From: Calditrichia bacterium
Lineage (GTDB): Bacteria; Calditrichota; Calditrichia; JAJRVZ01
Assembly: GCA_963796965.1 (NCBI GenBank)
Contig: CAWCNS010000009.1
Location: forward strand, 544,001 to 608,000
Direction: 5' to 3'
DNA length: 64,000 nucleotides
In this document: piece after piece, positions 1-10,526 of the stretch
Numbering within the stretch: position 1 is the first letter of the stretch
Layout of the letters: each line of letters begins with the position of its first letter
Notes under the pieces: model-generated
The model's input: only the letters and a program-made list of their open reading frames with translations
What the model was told of the DNA's origin: nothing
The model's database searches: none
Translations under genes and position numbers: made by a program

Positions 1-315
1 CTCCTCTAAACTCATTTCATAGATGCGGGCAATACCAAAATGAAGTTTTTCTGCAACCACGAGGGCCGTTTTTATTTTACCATAAAGAGAACGTTGATTT
101 TTTACAAAAGAAACGATCCATTCGATTTCATCAGGTGAGATCTTTTGAAGACTATTGACCTGACTTAGATCCCAAATTGAATTGAATTCGGGGTTAAATT
201 CAGGATCCCTATAAACACTCAACAGATTGTTCTTAATAAATTCAAAATCAAATTCACCTGAAAGACTGTGAATTCTGTATTTTTCCCTGGCATATATCTC
301 ACTTTTAATTTTCAT
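1..315 (-). CDS. Partial STAS/SEC14 (SpoIIAA-like) domain protein, runs off the window edge
   Basis: Not in the ORF track. Manual translation from ATG 315 with AAAGGA RBS: MKIKSEIYAREKYRIHSLSGEFDF...NSIWDLSQV...KTALVVAEKLHFGIARIYEM, a pattern typical of STAS/SEC14-like proteins. Confidence 0.65.
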   Translation of the reverse strand, partial: MKIKSEIYAREKYRIHSLSGEFDFEFIKNNLLSVYRDPEFNPEFNSIWDLSQVNSLQKISPDEIEWIVSFVKNQRSLYGKIKTALVVAEKLHFGIARIYEMSLEE

Positions 316-720
316 TGGTTATATTCCTTTGATTTAAAAATCTCAAACTGAATATATTTTAATATAAAAATTATCCGTTAAATTCCAAATTTTCACATAG
401 GAATGTTCAATCCACACCAATGATTATAATACTTTCAATCCAATAGTCTATTATATTGATATACAACCAAATCACATCAGGAATTCATAAATTATTTCTT
501 ATAGATATATTAGAGTAAAAAAAGTTTTCGATTTTTAACTTTTTTCCTCTTCATATATGATCTGATCCCTTATTATAAACAAGCAATTTCTGCAAACTAA
601 TTTTTTCAAACCGGAAAAATATATTTGTTGTCTGTAATCTACATCACTTTTTTCTAATTTCCATTTATTATATTAATTATGAGAAAGATGATAATCCTCC
701 CTTTTTCTCACCGACAAACT

Positions 721-757
721 GAAAAACCCCTCTATATTTAATCTGAGGGGTTTTTCT
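721..757. terminator. Intrinsic terminator-like hairpin, possibly the end of a small RNA
   Basis: GAAAAACCCCTC...GAGGGGTTTTTC perfect 12-bp stem with A/T tails. Confidence 0.55.
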
Positions 758-1154
758 TAATATTTCATTATATCTCACATAACCCGAGTCATAAAAATCC
801 AAAATCCCTTACCATAGAATAACACGAAAAGATTTAGTCACCAATCTGATACTTTCTTTCATGGTTGTCTTTCTATTCGGTACATAAATTCAAATATTTC
901 AAGGTCATTATGCTCCTTCATTTCTGTAGCATGAAGTTTTACCTCATTTATTTGAATTGATCATTTCACTGTATAAGTTTATTTCGTCAGGGAATATACA
1001 CTATTAAATCTTTTATTTATTTATAATGTCTTGCCAGAAATCAGAACCAGGCGTTCCACCTCTCACAATCGAACAAAAACCTACTCCCACCTTCCAACAT
1101 TTTATTTCAGGAGCTGTACGTAAAAATAGTTAGAAAAAAGATAAGGAGTATATC

Positions 1155-1496
1155 ATGGAAATTGTTCAGAGAATTACAGGTAATATTGCTGTGATGACAA
1201 TCTCAGGCAAGATGATGGATAATCTTGATACGAGTGGACTTTTCGACCGGATAAAGTATTTGGTTGATCATGATGTCTATCAGGTTATTATCGATCTGCA
1301 AGGGGTAAAATGGATAAACAGCAATGGCGTCGGGGCATTAATGGGATGTCTAAGTTATCTTGAGGGACATAATTGCGATTTGAAGCTTGTCCATATGTCG
1401 CAAAAAATTCGTGATGTATTGGCTGTGATGGATATTCTGCATTATTTTCAGGACTATCATTCCATCAACAGTGCTGTTGTCGCCGGTCCACATTAA
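1155..1496 (+). CDS. STAS domain anti-sigma factor antagonist
   Basis: 113 aa; 'IIDLQGVKWINSNGVGAL' matches the STAS D/N-S-x-G motif; AAGGAG RBS. Confidence 0.85.
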   Translation: MEIVQRITGNIAVMTISGKMMDNLDTSGLFDRIKYLVDHDVYQVIIDLQGVKWINSNGVGALMGCLSYLEGHNCDLKLVHMSQKIRDVLAVMDILHYFQDYHSINSAVVAGPH

Positions 1497-1518
1497 ATTT
1501 TATTTATTGTCTTACAAA

Positions 1519-1556
1519 ACCAAAAAGCAGGTCCTTTTTGTGACCTGCTTTTTGGT
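1519..1556. terminator. Bidirectional intrinsic terminator
   Basis: ACCAAAAAGCAGGTC / GACCTGCTTTTTGGT inverted repeat between convergent genes. Confidence 0.8.
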
Positions 1557-1575
1557 GAATTTCTCTACAAATTTC

Positions 1576-2157
1576 TTAATCTGCAACCAAATCCTGGTAT
1601 AATGTTTCTTTTTGATCAGCTGTCAGAAAATGCTCATAGTCATATTCAGGGTGATCAAATCCCAATTTGATCTTCGAGTCTGGTTTAGTAAATCTATCCC
1701 TCTGATCTGCAGATAAATTGAATGTTACATATTGAACAGAACTAAGTTTGTCCTCGGAACCTTGACGCGGATCAAATTCGCAGACAATCCGATCTTCATC
1801 TACCATTAAATAGGTATGTCTCGGCAAATCTACAATTTTTCCCAGAAATTCCTTCCTTTCTTCCACGTCCGAGATCTCTATCAATAAGGATGCACATAAC
1901 TGATTCTTGTCCGGAATTAATTCATTGTAGACATCTAATTCACCTTGTATCCCTGCATCCTCGACGATTCTTTCCGCGCGTGTCATTTCCTGAACCTGGT
2001 ACCACATCGTATCGAAATTTTCAAACAGATAGGTTGCCTTTGGCCCCACATGAATGCGTCTTTTTTCTTTTATGGCCATTATTTTTGGCCGGTACTCTTT
2101 CCGCTGTTTTTCATAGGCGGTTAAATCCAGCACATCCTCTATATGTATTTTTCTCAT
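1576..2157 (-). CDS. DUF3501 family protein
   Basis: 'K..RRIHVGP...LFENFDTMWYQVQEMTRAE...ELDVYNELIP' and 'SSVQYV.F' motifs; sits in the rubrerythrin cluster. Confidence 0.85.
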   Translation of the reverse strand: MRKIHIEDVLDLTAYEKQRKEYRPKIMAIKEKRRIHVGPKATYLFENFDTMWYQVQEMTRAERIVEDAGIQGELDVYNELIPDKNQLCASLLIEISDVEERKEFLGKIVDLPRHTYLMVDEDRIVCEFDPRQGSEDKLSSVQYVTFNLSADQRDRFTKPDSKIKLGFDHPEYDYEHFLTADQKETLYQDLVAD

Positions 2158-2198
2158 ATCTTTTCTTTCATCTTTTTTTTGCCCGATCTATTACTAAT

Positions 2199-2402
2199 CT
2201 CTCACGCAGAGGCGCGGAGACACAGAGAAACATGTATTTATTAAATGCAATCTCTATTAAAAATTAGAATATGTATAAAAAATAAATATAATTAAATTTT
2301 CGCATCGTTAAGCAATAATGAATAATTCAGTATAGATAAAATTTAGATGGTACCATAAGATGATTTATTCACGACTCTGCGACTCTGCGACTCTGCGAGA
2401 AA
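2199..2402. repeat. Inverted pair of tandem octamer repeats (REPIN-like)
   Basis: CGCAGAGGCGCGGAGACACAGAG at about 2205-2227 and (GACTCTGC)x3 at about 2373-2396 flank an AT-rich spacer. Confidence 0.6.
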
Positions 2403-2452
2403 ATAAAATCTCAATTTTAGATTTATTATATCGTCCTTTCAGATATCTCTAT

Positions 2453-3805
2453 TTATGTTTCGGCCTCATGTTTCAATTTATTTTCAAAGCCATCTTCTTT
2501 ATATGCCCTGGCGAGGACCTGAATGGTGTGTATAACCTCTTCACCGATTCCCTGTTCTAATTGGATTGCTGCTAAAGGACAATCTGTCGCTATAACATCT
2601 GCTTCACCCTTTTTGATTTTATCGAAAGCTTTTGATCCAATTCGCATGGAATCGGTAAAATTTTCCTTTTTCATTGCCCATGTTCCATTATGGCCACAGC
2701 ATTCATCAACAAGTACGAATGATGTATCACCTATTGTGCGCATCATATCCCGGGAGCGATATCCAATATTTTGTGCACGTAAATGACAGGGAATATGATA
2801 GGCCACCTTTCCGGGAGATGTCTTAAAATCCCGGTTAAACTTATCTTCCCTTTTTAGTTGAAAAAGGTACTCATTACTGTCAAATATAGCCTTGCTGAAT
2901 TTTTGCAGATCCTCTTTAGCATGCTTTTTTTCAAGTAAAACCGGATAGTCATCTTTCATGGTCAGACTACAGGTTGGATTTAATACCAGAACCTTATAGC
3001 CTTTTTCTATAAAGGGAAATAATACCTGATAATTATTCTCCGCTTCACCAACAGCCATATCCAAGTTACCCGATTCCATGGCAGGCATTCCACAGCAATT
3101 TAGAGATGGTACAGTCACATTAATATTATTCTTCCACAGAACGAACAAAGCATCGCGGGCAATCTCCGGATTATTATAATTACCAAAACAGGTGTGAAAT
3201 AATACCACATTGTCCTGGACTTTTTCTGGAGGTACCTCATAGTCTTTTGAATTCTTTTTAAACCAGTCAAAAAAAGTTTGAGATGCAAAAGATGGTAGTT
3301 TTTTGTCACGGTGGATACCCACAACAGATTCCATTATAAGCCGATTCGGTTTAAAGTTATTTGCCCAGTTGGCCAAGGAAGCTGTACTGCATCCAATTTT
3401 CCCCAGCAAATCCGGGTTTCCTAATAATTTATCTCTAAGCGGCACGCCATTTTCCTTAGCCTGAATGGCATCATGTCGAAGGATCAGGCGAGGAAAATCA
3501 AGATTAAATTCATGATTGTCATCTTTTGTATAGGGACATTTAAAATAACAGATCTTGCATTGAAAACATAGTTCTGAGACAGCAGAAATATTTTTCTCAG
3601 TAAATTCTGGTACAGCCCGATTTTCTTTATCGATCAGATCAAATATAGCCGGGAAAGTGTCACAAAATTTAAAACACATCCGGCAGCTATGACAGATCTC
3701 AAAAGTCCGTTCAATCTCTTTCCTCAGGGCTTCTTTATCCCAGTACTTTTCTTCATTTGGATTATATGACAATCCATCTGAGGGTGCAAATTTAATATTC
3801 TCCAT
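2453..3805 (-). CDS. Fe-S oxidoreductase (GlpC/HdrD-like, two 4Fe-4S motifs plus CCG domains), rubrerythrin-associated
   Basis: CHSCRMCFKFC and CFQCKICYFKCP; CCG motifs (NCCGMP, ECCGHNG); NPTC, HIPCH and TDCP motifs. Confidence 0.9.
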   Translation of the reverse strand: MENIKFAPSDGLSYNPNEEKYWDKEALRKEIERTFEICHSCRMCFKFCDTFPAIFDLIDKENRAVPEFTEKNISAVSELCFQCKICYFKCPYTKDDNHEFNLDFPRLILRHDAIQAKENGVPLRDKLLGNPDLLGKIGCSTASLANWANNFKPNRLIMESVVGIHRDKKLPSFASQTFFDWFKKNSKDYEVPPEKVQDNVVLFHTCFGNYNNPEIARDALFVLWKNNINVTVPSLNCCGMPAMESGNLDMAVGEAENNYQVLFPFIEKGYKVLVLNPTCSLTMKDDYPVLLEKKHAKEDLQKFSKAIFDSNEYLFQLKREDKFNRDFKTSPGKVAYHIPCHLRAQNIGYRSRDMMRTIGDTSFVLVDECCGHNGTWAMKKENFTDSMRIGSKAFDKIKKGEADVIATDCPLAAIQLEQGIGEEVIHTIQVLARAYKEDGFENKLKHEAET

Positions 3806-3889
3806 TTATTTGTCCTCTGATTTGTCGTATAAACGTTAAAAATTTGGGAGAGGAATCAACCTCTCCCACACTATTTCAGATCTGAAATG

Positions 3890-4309
3890 TTATTCAACCG
3901 ATTTTAAACCTTGTTCGAACCGACCGGCATGAGATTTCTCTGCTTTGGCTAACGTTTCAAACCAGTCTGCGATTTCGCTAAATCCCTCATCGCGGGCTGT
4001 TTTAGCCATACCAGGATACATGTCTGTATACTCATGGGTTTCACCAGCAATTCCAGCTTTTAAATTATCGACTGTATCATTAATCGGCAGATCGGTGGCT
4101 GGATCACCAACATCCTTTAAATAATCCAGATGACCATGGGCATGTCCGGTTTCACCTTCAGCAGTGTCACGAAATAAACCGGAGATATCTGGATAACCTT
4201 CAATATCAGCCTGTTTAGCAAAATACAGATAACGCCGATTTGCCTGAGACTCACCGGCAAAGGCTTCTTTTAAATTCTGATGTGTCTGGGTTCCCTTTAA
4301 ATCAGGCAT
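3890..4309 (-). CDS. rbr: Rubrerythrin (short form, no rubredoxin domain)
   Basis: [35 protein letters not shown] and AEKSHA di-iron motifs; AAGGAGG RBS. Confidence 0.92.
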   Translation of the reverse strand: MPDLKGTQTHQNLKEAFAGESQANRRYLYFAKQADIEGYPDISGLFRDTAEGETGHAHGHLDYLKDVGDPATDLPINDTVDNLKAGIAGETHEYTDMYPGMAKTARDEGFSEIADWFETLAKAEKSHAGRFEQGLKSVE

Positions 4310-4548
4310 AATTAATACCTCCTTAAGTTAATGGTTTAGGATTTTTTTAAAATTAAGATAAACTTAGTCTGTCTATTCCTGTTAAATTTAAAATCTTTGA
4401 TATTTTAACAAAGTTTTGGTGTCATTCCGATAGGAATCTTCTATTTTGAAATTGAAAACAGACACGATGGAAGATCCTTTCAGGATTACATTTTTAGTGC
4501 TTTTAATTTCTTTGTCCCGATGAACCCGGACGCTCTGTTAAATCTAAA

Positions 4549-4974
4549 TTATGATTGACAATTCTTACAAATACCATCGATCTGAACCTGATAATGCAAT
4601 ATTTTAAAATCTTTATCAATTTGCTCGGGTATTTTGATCTGATCAAGCGATTCACTAGTGATATCAATAATCTTTTTACATCTCACACATACAAGATGAT
4701 GATGAAAATGAGGATTGCAGTCATAACGGGCAATGTCATGCAAAGGCGTTACTTTAGAAATTAACTCATGTTCAGCCAGCATTTCCATAGTTTTGTAAAC
4801 TGTAGCCAGAGAAATATTGGCGTAATCTTTTTTAACTTCTTTGAATATATCTTCTGCACTTGGATGGCCTCTATGGGCAAGCAATATTTTATATATCGCC
4901 ATTCTGGGATAGGTTACATTCATTCCCCGATTTTTACATTCTTGAATAAAACTATTTAAGGCTTGTTCAGACAT
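4549..4974 (-). CDS. perR: Fur family regulator, probably PerR
   Basis: HPSAEDIF, ISLATVYK, HHHLVCVRC and CKNC; directly upstream of rubrerythrin. Confidence 0.75.
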   Translation of the reverse strand: MSEQALNSFIQECKNRGMNVTYPRMAIYKILLAHRGHPSAEDIFKEVKKDYANISLATVYKTMEMLAEHELISKVTPLHDIARYDCNPHFHHHLVCVRCKKIIDITSESLDQIKIPEQIDKDFKILHYQVQIDGICKNCQS

Positions 4975-4992
4975 TTAAGAATACTTCCGAAT

Positions 4993-5024
4993 TAAGAATC
5001 GTTATTAATTTACAATTATTATAG
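4993..5024. promoter_or_regulatory. Tandem Per/Fur-box-like operators
   Basis: TTACAATTATTATAG (5010-5024) has 2 mismatches to the Per box TTATAATnATTATAA; a weaker box TAAGAATCGTTATTA lies at 4993-5007; both are just upstream of the Fur-family gene. Confidence 0.55.
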
Positions 5025-5186
5025 AACGAAAACAATAGAAAATTAATCCTGTTTCGTTTCAAAACCTTCATTTTCAGGAATCTTTGCTTCATTGATCCCA
5101 AACTATTAAACTTTCCCCTTTACTCCTGGTGAATGGTATATTTTCATCACGCTTACCCCTCACCTTTTATGAGCGGGAAATAAGGA

Positions 5187-6155
5187 GTGAATCCCAATTT
5201 TGAGACCTATTTAATGAACCTAACCAATCCAAAATTTCGTAAAATTGTTGCTTTTGCCATAATTTACCTTGTTTGGGGAAGCACTTACATGGCTATTCGT
5301 TTGGCCATCGATACGATTCCACCATTTCTAATGGCCGGTAGCCGCTTTACGATAGCCGGACTTCTGTTTCTACTCTGGTGCTATTGGCGCTTTGAGAAAA
5401 GACCAACAATACAAGACTGGGCCCATGCTGCTGTTCCGGGAATTTTATTGTTTGTCTGTGGAAACGGTAGTCTAACCTGGGCAGAACAGTATATTCCTTC
5501 GGGATTAGCAGCCCTGATTATTGCAACCCTGTCTTTGTGGATGGTATTGCTCGAGTGGTTAATCTATAAAGGCAAAAGACCTGATTTATTCACCATAGCC
5601 GGAATAATTCTGGGATTAGGTGGTGTCGCCCTTCTATCCACCGTTGGTGAGGAAGTATTGCTACCTTCAAGCGGAGATGGTGTTACAGTCACTTTTGGTA
5701 TTATAGTTCTGGCCTTAGCTGCCGCATCCTGGGCTGCAGGTTCACTCTATTCACGACATGTAAGATCCGATATTCCAATTCAGTTCACTATTAGTATGCA
5801 AATATTAGTTGGGGGTATCGTACTTCTTATAGTTGCTACAATTCAGAATGAATGGGCAGAATTTTCTTTTGAAAAAATCACGCTGGTATCCCACCTCGCT
5901 ATGGTCTATATGGTATTTATTGGATCATTACTTGCCTATTCCGCTTATGTATGGCTTATGCGTGTTAGCACTCCCGCAAAAGTTGGCACCTATGCTTTTT
6001 TTAATCCGCTTGTGGCCGTTCTTTTAGGCTGGTTATTATTAGATGAACCATTGACTATTCAAACACTCATTGCAGCTGGATGTATCCTTATATCTATTCT
6101 GTTGGTCAATCGCTCGATATTTCGAATTAAATCTAATAATTCCCAGGGCTTATAA
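5187..6155 (+). CDS. EamA/DMT family transporter (YedA-like)
   Basis: IYLVWGSTYMAIR, PSGLAALI and YAFFNPLVAV; about 10 TM helices; true start may be ATG 5214. Confidence 0.88.
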   Translation: MNPNFETYLMNLTNPKFRKIVAFAIIYLVWGSTYMAIRLAIDTIPPFLMAGSRFTIAGLLFLLWCYWRFEKRPTIQDWAHAAVPGILLFVCGNGSLTWAEQYIPSGLAALIIATLSLWMVLLEWLIYKGKRPDLFTIAGIILGLGGVALLSTVGEEVLLPSSGDGVTVTFGIIVLALAAASWAAGSLYSRHVRSDIPIQFTISMQILVGGIVLLIVATIQNEWAEFSFEKITLVSHLAMVYMVFIGSLLAYSAYVWLMRVSTPAKVGTYAFFNPLVAVLLGWLLLDEPLTIQTLIAAGCILISILLVNRSIFRIKSNNSQGL

Positions 6156-6365
6156 AATTATTCCGGTTCTGGGTAATTTTTTTACACTTTTACCTGGATT
6201 TGGTCTATCCCAAATAAAAAGATCATCGATTTCAATCTAAAAAAGCCTGTATTCACTTTGTCTATTCCAATTTTTCTTTAAGCTAAAAAATTTGTAAATT
6301 ATTGGTTTGATAATTGCAGTAGTCAACTAAATTTAAAATGAGTTTATCATTATTGGGGATACCTT

Positions 6366-8731
6366 ATGAAACATTCAAAGTGGATCATCTATTTCGCCAG
6401 TTTGCTATTAGCGGGTTGTGCTGCTTATAAAGAACTGCAACCAGAACCAAAAATTTCCTTTATCGAGGATGGCTACATCGAACTTCAGGATGATGATGAA
6501 GATTTTGAGCTGAAGTGAGGGGAAAAAGTACTTTATTAAATATCCACAGCCTCAATTTGAAAATACTTACCTGGTACTCACCATCTCTGAGAAAAGCGCA
6601 ATCAACTCTTACCTAACAAGAGCTTTTGATGATGGTGAGGGTACGATTATAAAGATGACCGATGAAAGCGAAGTACCTGAAAAGTTAAGTGTTTTTACTT
6701 TAGATAAGATGGTTCCAACTTATTATTGGGTTATCGATAATGTCAGCCGCGATGTGGTTCTTCATATGACCTATCGTTATGTAGCAATCTGGCGTTTCAA
6801 ATTCGAAAATAAGTATGCTGAATTTGAAAAAACTCTGAAAGATAATACCCAATCCCGGAAGTTTATCAATGATATTGGGGTATCAGTCCGTTTAAATGAC
6901 CTGGATTATTCCGCTGAAAAAAATACCGTCACCTCTAAACTGAAAAACATTGAGACAGTTAATAACCAACTTCATGAGATTGAGGCGATCTTACCGGCAA
7001 CTATATTGAACAGCCAGGATCCTGCTTATAAAGATTACGTCCTTTTAAAAAAGCAAATTGACGATGAATTGATATTTCAACGCAATTATATTAAAACTCT
7101 GGGCCTGTTAGAGGTTCTGACAGCTACAAATCCCAACATGGATACCTTCGTTAGTTTGGCACCTGATTATACCGCCCTGATGACAGACCAGTCACGTTAC
7201 TCTCCAAGTTTTTACCAGGAGACAAAAAAGGCCTTAACCAAAATTTTGCCTACAGTTGTTCCTCATTACGAAAACAGCATGTCAAAAAAAATGGATATTG
7301 CTCCATTAGAAATCAATCTAAAGCCTGTCTATAATCTTTATGGTGCAATTGGATTAACTGTTGATCCCAACTTCTCTGAACTAGATTCTTTTATTGCTAA
7401 TTATAATAAAAGAAGCAAGGCACTTTCTGAGGTAAGGAGAGAATTGGATACACTTAAAAATTCTAAAGCCTCCGGTCAGGGCTGGCCTTCCGATGGATTT
7501 TTCAAAGAAAAAAGGAATACCTTATCTCAGCTATCGGCAAAACTTCCACGCGCAGATAAACAAATCTATGGGCAATACCAGACCTATAAATGCGCGACCA
7601 TGCTGGACCAATCCCTGACTAAAACGCGTCAGGAAATTTGGCGTCTTGATCAGCAATATCAACGAGCCGGGTTACTCGTCCCACAAATAAATCAATTGCG
7701 TCGGGAAGGAAATTTTAGCGGAATTCTCCATTTGCTAAAACAAAATCGTGATTTAAAGTTTTTGATGGCTCAATATGCTGTGGTGGACGAATTATCGCTT
7801 AGTCAGCAACGCCAGGCTATTTCGAGTGCTTTAAGAGCTAATGATTTTCCTCGTGCGGAAAGCGCCTTAAGAGATCTGGCGCTTAATAAAGATTACCTGA
7901 ATCCGGGTCTGATTTTACCCCGCAAAGACAAATTGGTAAGAGCCTATGAAGACTCTCTCTTCAATGAAGTAGAAAAGGTTTCCTTAGCAAATGCCAATGC
8001 ATTTATCCAGGCGAATAAAACAACAGTAACAACTGTTGACTCTCTTTACAGCAATAAAGCCTTATACCCGGCACATATTTTTACTTATAGTCCAACCCCG
8101 GGTAAAGCCGCTCAGAGCAACAAATCCCTTGCTGACAAGATGGCTTATATCCGAACTCAAAAATTTCCGGAAACCGCTATTGAATCATTATACCGGGCTC
8201 TGACAGATGCTATGCATGTGCAGGGTGTAGAAAAAGCGCGGGCTGTCGTAATCCACGGTAAGTATTATTCCGGAAGTAAAAAGAATATAAAAAATCTAAT
8301 CGGTGAATGTGATCCCGGGGCATCGAAGTGGATTACAAAAGCCAAGGAATATCGCAAAATTTTTACCCTACCCTTAACAAATAATATTGGCGGTGAAAAT
8401 CAGTACATGGCAAAAATAAATATTCGAATACCTACTGAAGCCAAATTTCCTGTTTATGATATAAACATCCGTTTGCCTCAGGAAGTAGCACGCCATGCAG
8501 GAAGCAAACAGTGGTATGAAAAGATTACCTTTAATGGAAAACTTCTTAAAAACGAAGGTCGCTTCACCATAACGGCGCCTGATCCCAACAACGATTATAT
8601 TGCCCAAATCACGCCACTACAAGTTAATAAAACAGGTAATAATGTGTTGGAAATTCTTTTTCAGCTATAAAGCATTTAAAGTTTTAGAAATTAGTGTTTT
8701 GGCACAGAAGCCAATCATAAAAAAGAATTAA
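6366..8731 (+). CDS. Large hypothetical lipoprotein (about 790 aa), frameshifted near 6515 and 8660
   Basis: ATG 6366 gives MKHSKWIIYFASLLLAGC (lipobox); it joins the 6655-8670 ORF by a frameshift; the tail SYKAFKVLEISVLAQKPIIKKN* is in a shifted frame ending at 8731. Confidence 0.65.
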
Positions 8732-8810
8732 AAAAATTACGAATGTATATATGAATCGGAAATCTTGATGCGGTTTGGGTGAGTCGCTTCATGAATTAAG
8801 GGAGTATACT

Positions 8811-10526
8811 ATGAAAAAATATTATATTATTGGTGCTGGTGTATTGGTAGCAGCTATTGTTGCTGTTTTTTTCCTTTGGAAAAAAGACCTTTCCGACCGG
8901 ATTGTTATTCCATATATCTCACATCAAAAACCAATTATCGATCCCCATCTACCTGACCATATAGGACTATCGGACAAATTGGATGAGGTCCTGTTTGACG
9001 GTCTATTTAATGTATCTGCCAATCCAAGTGGCATAACTTATGAAGATGCATTAGGTGAGTTTATCAGTATTGATGATAATGCAGTGGTTACTATCCGTTT
9101 AAAAACTGATAAAAAATGGCATGATAGTTATTTTATAAAAGCTGATGATGATGATATTTCGGTGGAGGAACGCGAAGTTCGTACTTTTTCCGCCAAGGAT
9201 TTAAGTTTCACACTTCGACGTATCCAACAACTGGCCAGTTTATCACCAGATTATATTCTTGTCGGGCAGGCTATCAAATCATTTTCATTTGATGGACCCG
9301 ATATCAACAATGAGATCCGTCTGCAGTTCAGTCCTGACCGTGTGTGGATTGAACCTGATATCAAGGAAATATTATCTTTTAAAATTATTCCACACAATTC
9401 TGATATTGCCTCAACCCGGTTTGAAATTGGAAGTGGACCCTATATGACCATTGACAGGAAGTCACCTGTTTCAAACTTTTTTAAAAATCCAGATGAAAAG
9501 ACGAAAATCCCAAAAGTTATTCTGGAGCCATTTATTGATAACAGCACTTTTACAACAGAATTGAGCAATAATAATATTAATACACTTCTTGAAACACCAT
9601 TTGGGAGTCTCTCCCCAATTTTATCAGATGCGGAGGACTATTTTACTAAATCCAATATAAGTACAACTTTTTTTGCACTCATTTTTAATACAGAAAGACT
9701 TAATCGCACGCAGCGCAAAGAGGTACGCAAATTAATCGATCGGGAAAACATTGTTAACCGCTTTTATAAAGTTGGCAGTCAGCAGCAACGACATATAAGT
9801 GATTATAAAGGAAATAATGATAATTATAATGACTATCTCAATTACAGCGTTTTCCCTTCTTCCTCATATTACGTTGATGAACAGATCGTCATACCCTTAA
9901 AGGAAAAAGCCATTCCGGATCTGTCTGTTTTACCAGATAGTATCCGTATAAAAGCATGTCTCAACTATGGCTTCCGGGAAGAGTATCGTGATCTAATCGA
10001 AATTATGAATGATCCCGCCATATCGAAAGGACGCTTAAGGGTCACAACTGTACAAAATAAAGATATCCGGCAGGGAAATTATGATGCCTTATTAATTGCC
10101 ATTTCCGGCTATAGCAGTAAATTTTTATTTGATCTTTATGACATTTTCCTTCGGGAACCAGACCTCGCTCAATATAAAATTAACCTGCTAACTGGTGGGA
10201 ATGGTCAAATCCTTCCATCATCATTTACCAGCGACAAAAATTTATTCAGACTAGATCCCCAGCAAAATATTGCTGAACAAGAAGATATTTTACACCTGCT
10301 GGAGTACATCTATGGTTTTATGGATACGCGTGAAATCGGAGATAAGCAAGTCTATTCCAGAATGATCGATGAATTAGAACAAGATATGGCCCTTGGAACG
10401 TGGTTATTTTCTCTTCCTTCTCTGGCATATTTTACTACACAATTTGACGCAGAAACGATCGATCTCTATGGTGTTGCTTCACAATTATCCACTATTGAAA
10501 AATGGGAAGAGAAAAAAGACGATTAA
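8811..10526 (+). CDS. Divergent family-5 (Opp/Dpp-like) ABC substrate-binding protein with N-terminal membrane anchor
   Basis: LFDGLF, FSAKDLSFTL and IGSGPY echo SBP_bac_5 motifs; AAGGGAG RBS before ATG 8811. Confidence 0.65.
   Translation: MKKYYIIGAGVLVAAIVAVFFLWKKDLSDRIVIPYISHQKPIIDPHLPDHIGLSDKLDEVLFDGLFNVSANPSGITYEDALGEFISIDDNAVVTIRLKTDKKWHDSYFIKADDDDISVEEREVRTFSAKDLSFTLRRIQQLASLSPDYILVGQAIKSFSFDGPDINNEIRLQFSPDRVWIEPDIKEILSFKIIPHNSDIASTRFEIGSGPYMTIDRKSPVSNFFKNPDEKTKIPKVILEPFIDNSTFTTELSNNNINTLLETPFGSLSPILSDAEDYFTKSNISTTFFALIFNTERLNRTQRKEVRKLIDRENIVNRFYKVGSQQQRHISDYKGNNDNYNDYLNYSVFPSSSYYVDEQIVIPLKEKAIPDLSVLPDSIRIKACLNYGFREEYRDLIEIMNDPAISKGRLRVTTVQNKDIRQGNYDALLIAISGYSSKFLFDLYDIFLREPDLAQYKINLLTGGNGQILPSSFTSDKNLFRLDPQQNIAEQEDILHLLEYIYGFMDTREIGDKQVYSRMIDELEQDMALGTWLFSLPSLAYFTTQFDAETIDLYGVASQLSTIEKWEEKKDD

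Noticed and set aside
2373..2400. Short tandem repeats as a CRISPR array
   Set aside because: Units are 8-9 bp with no unique spacers, and there are no cas genes anywhere in the window
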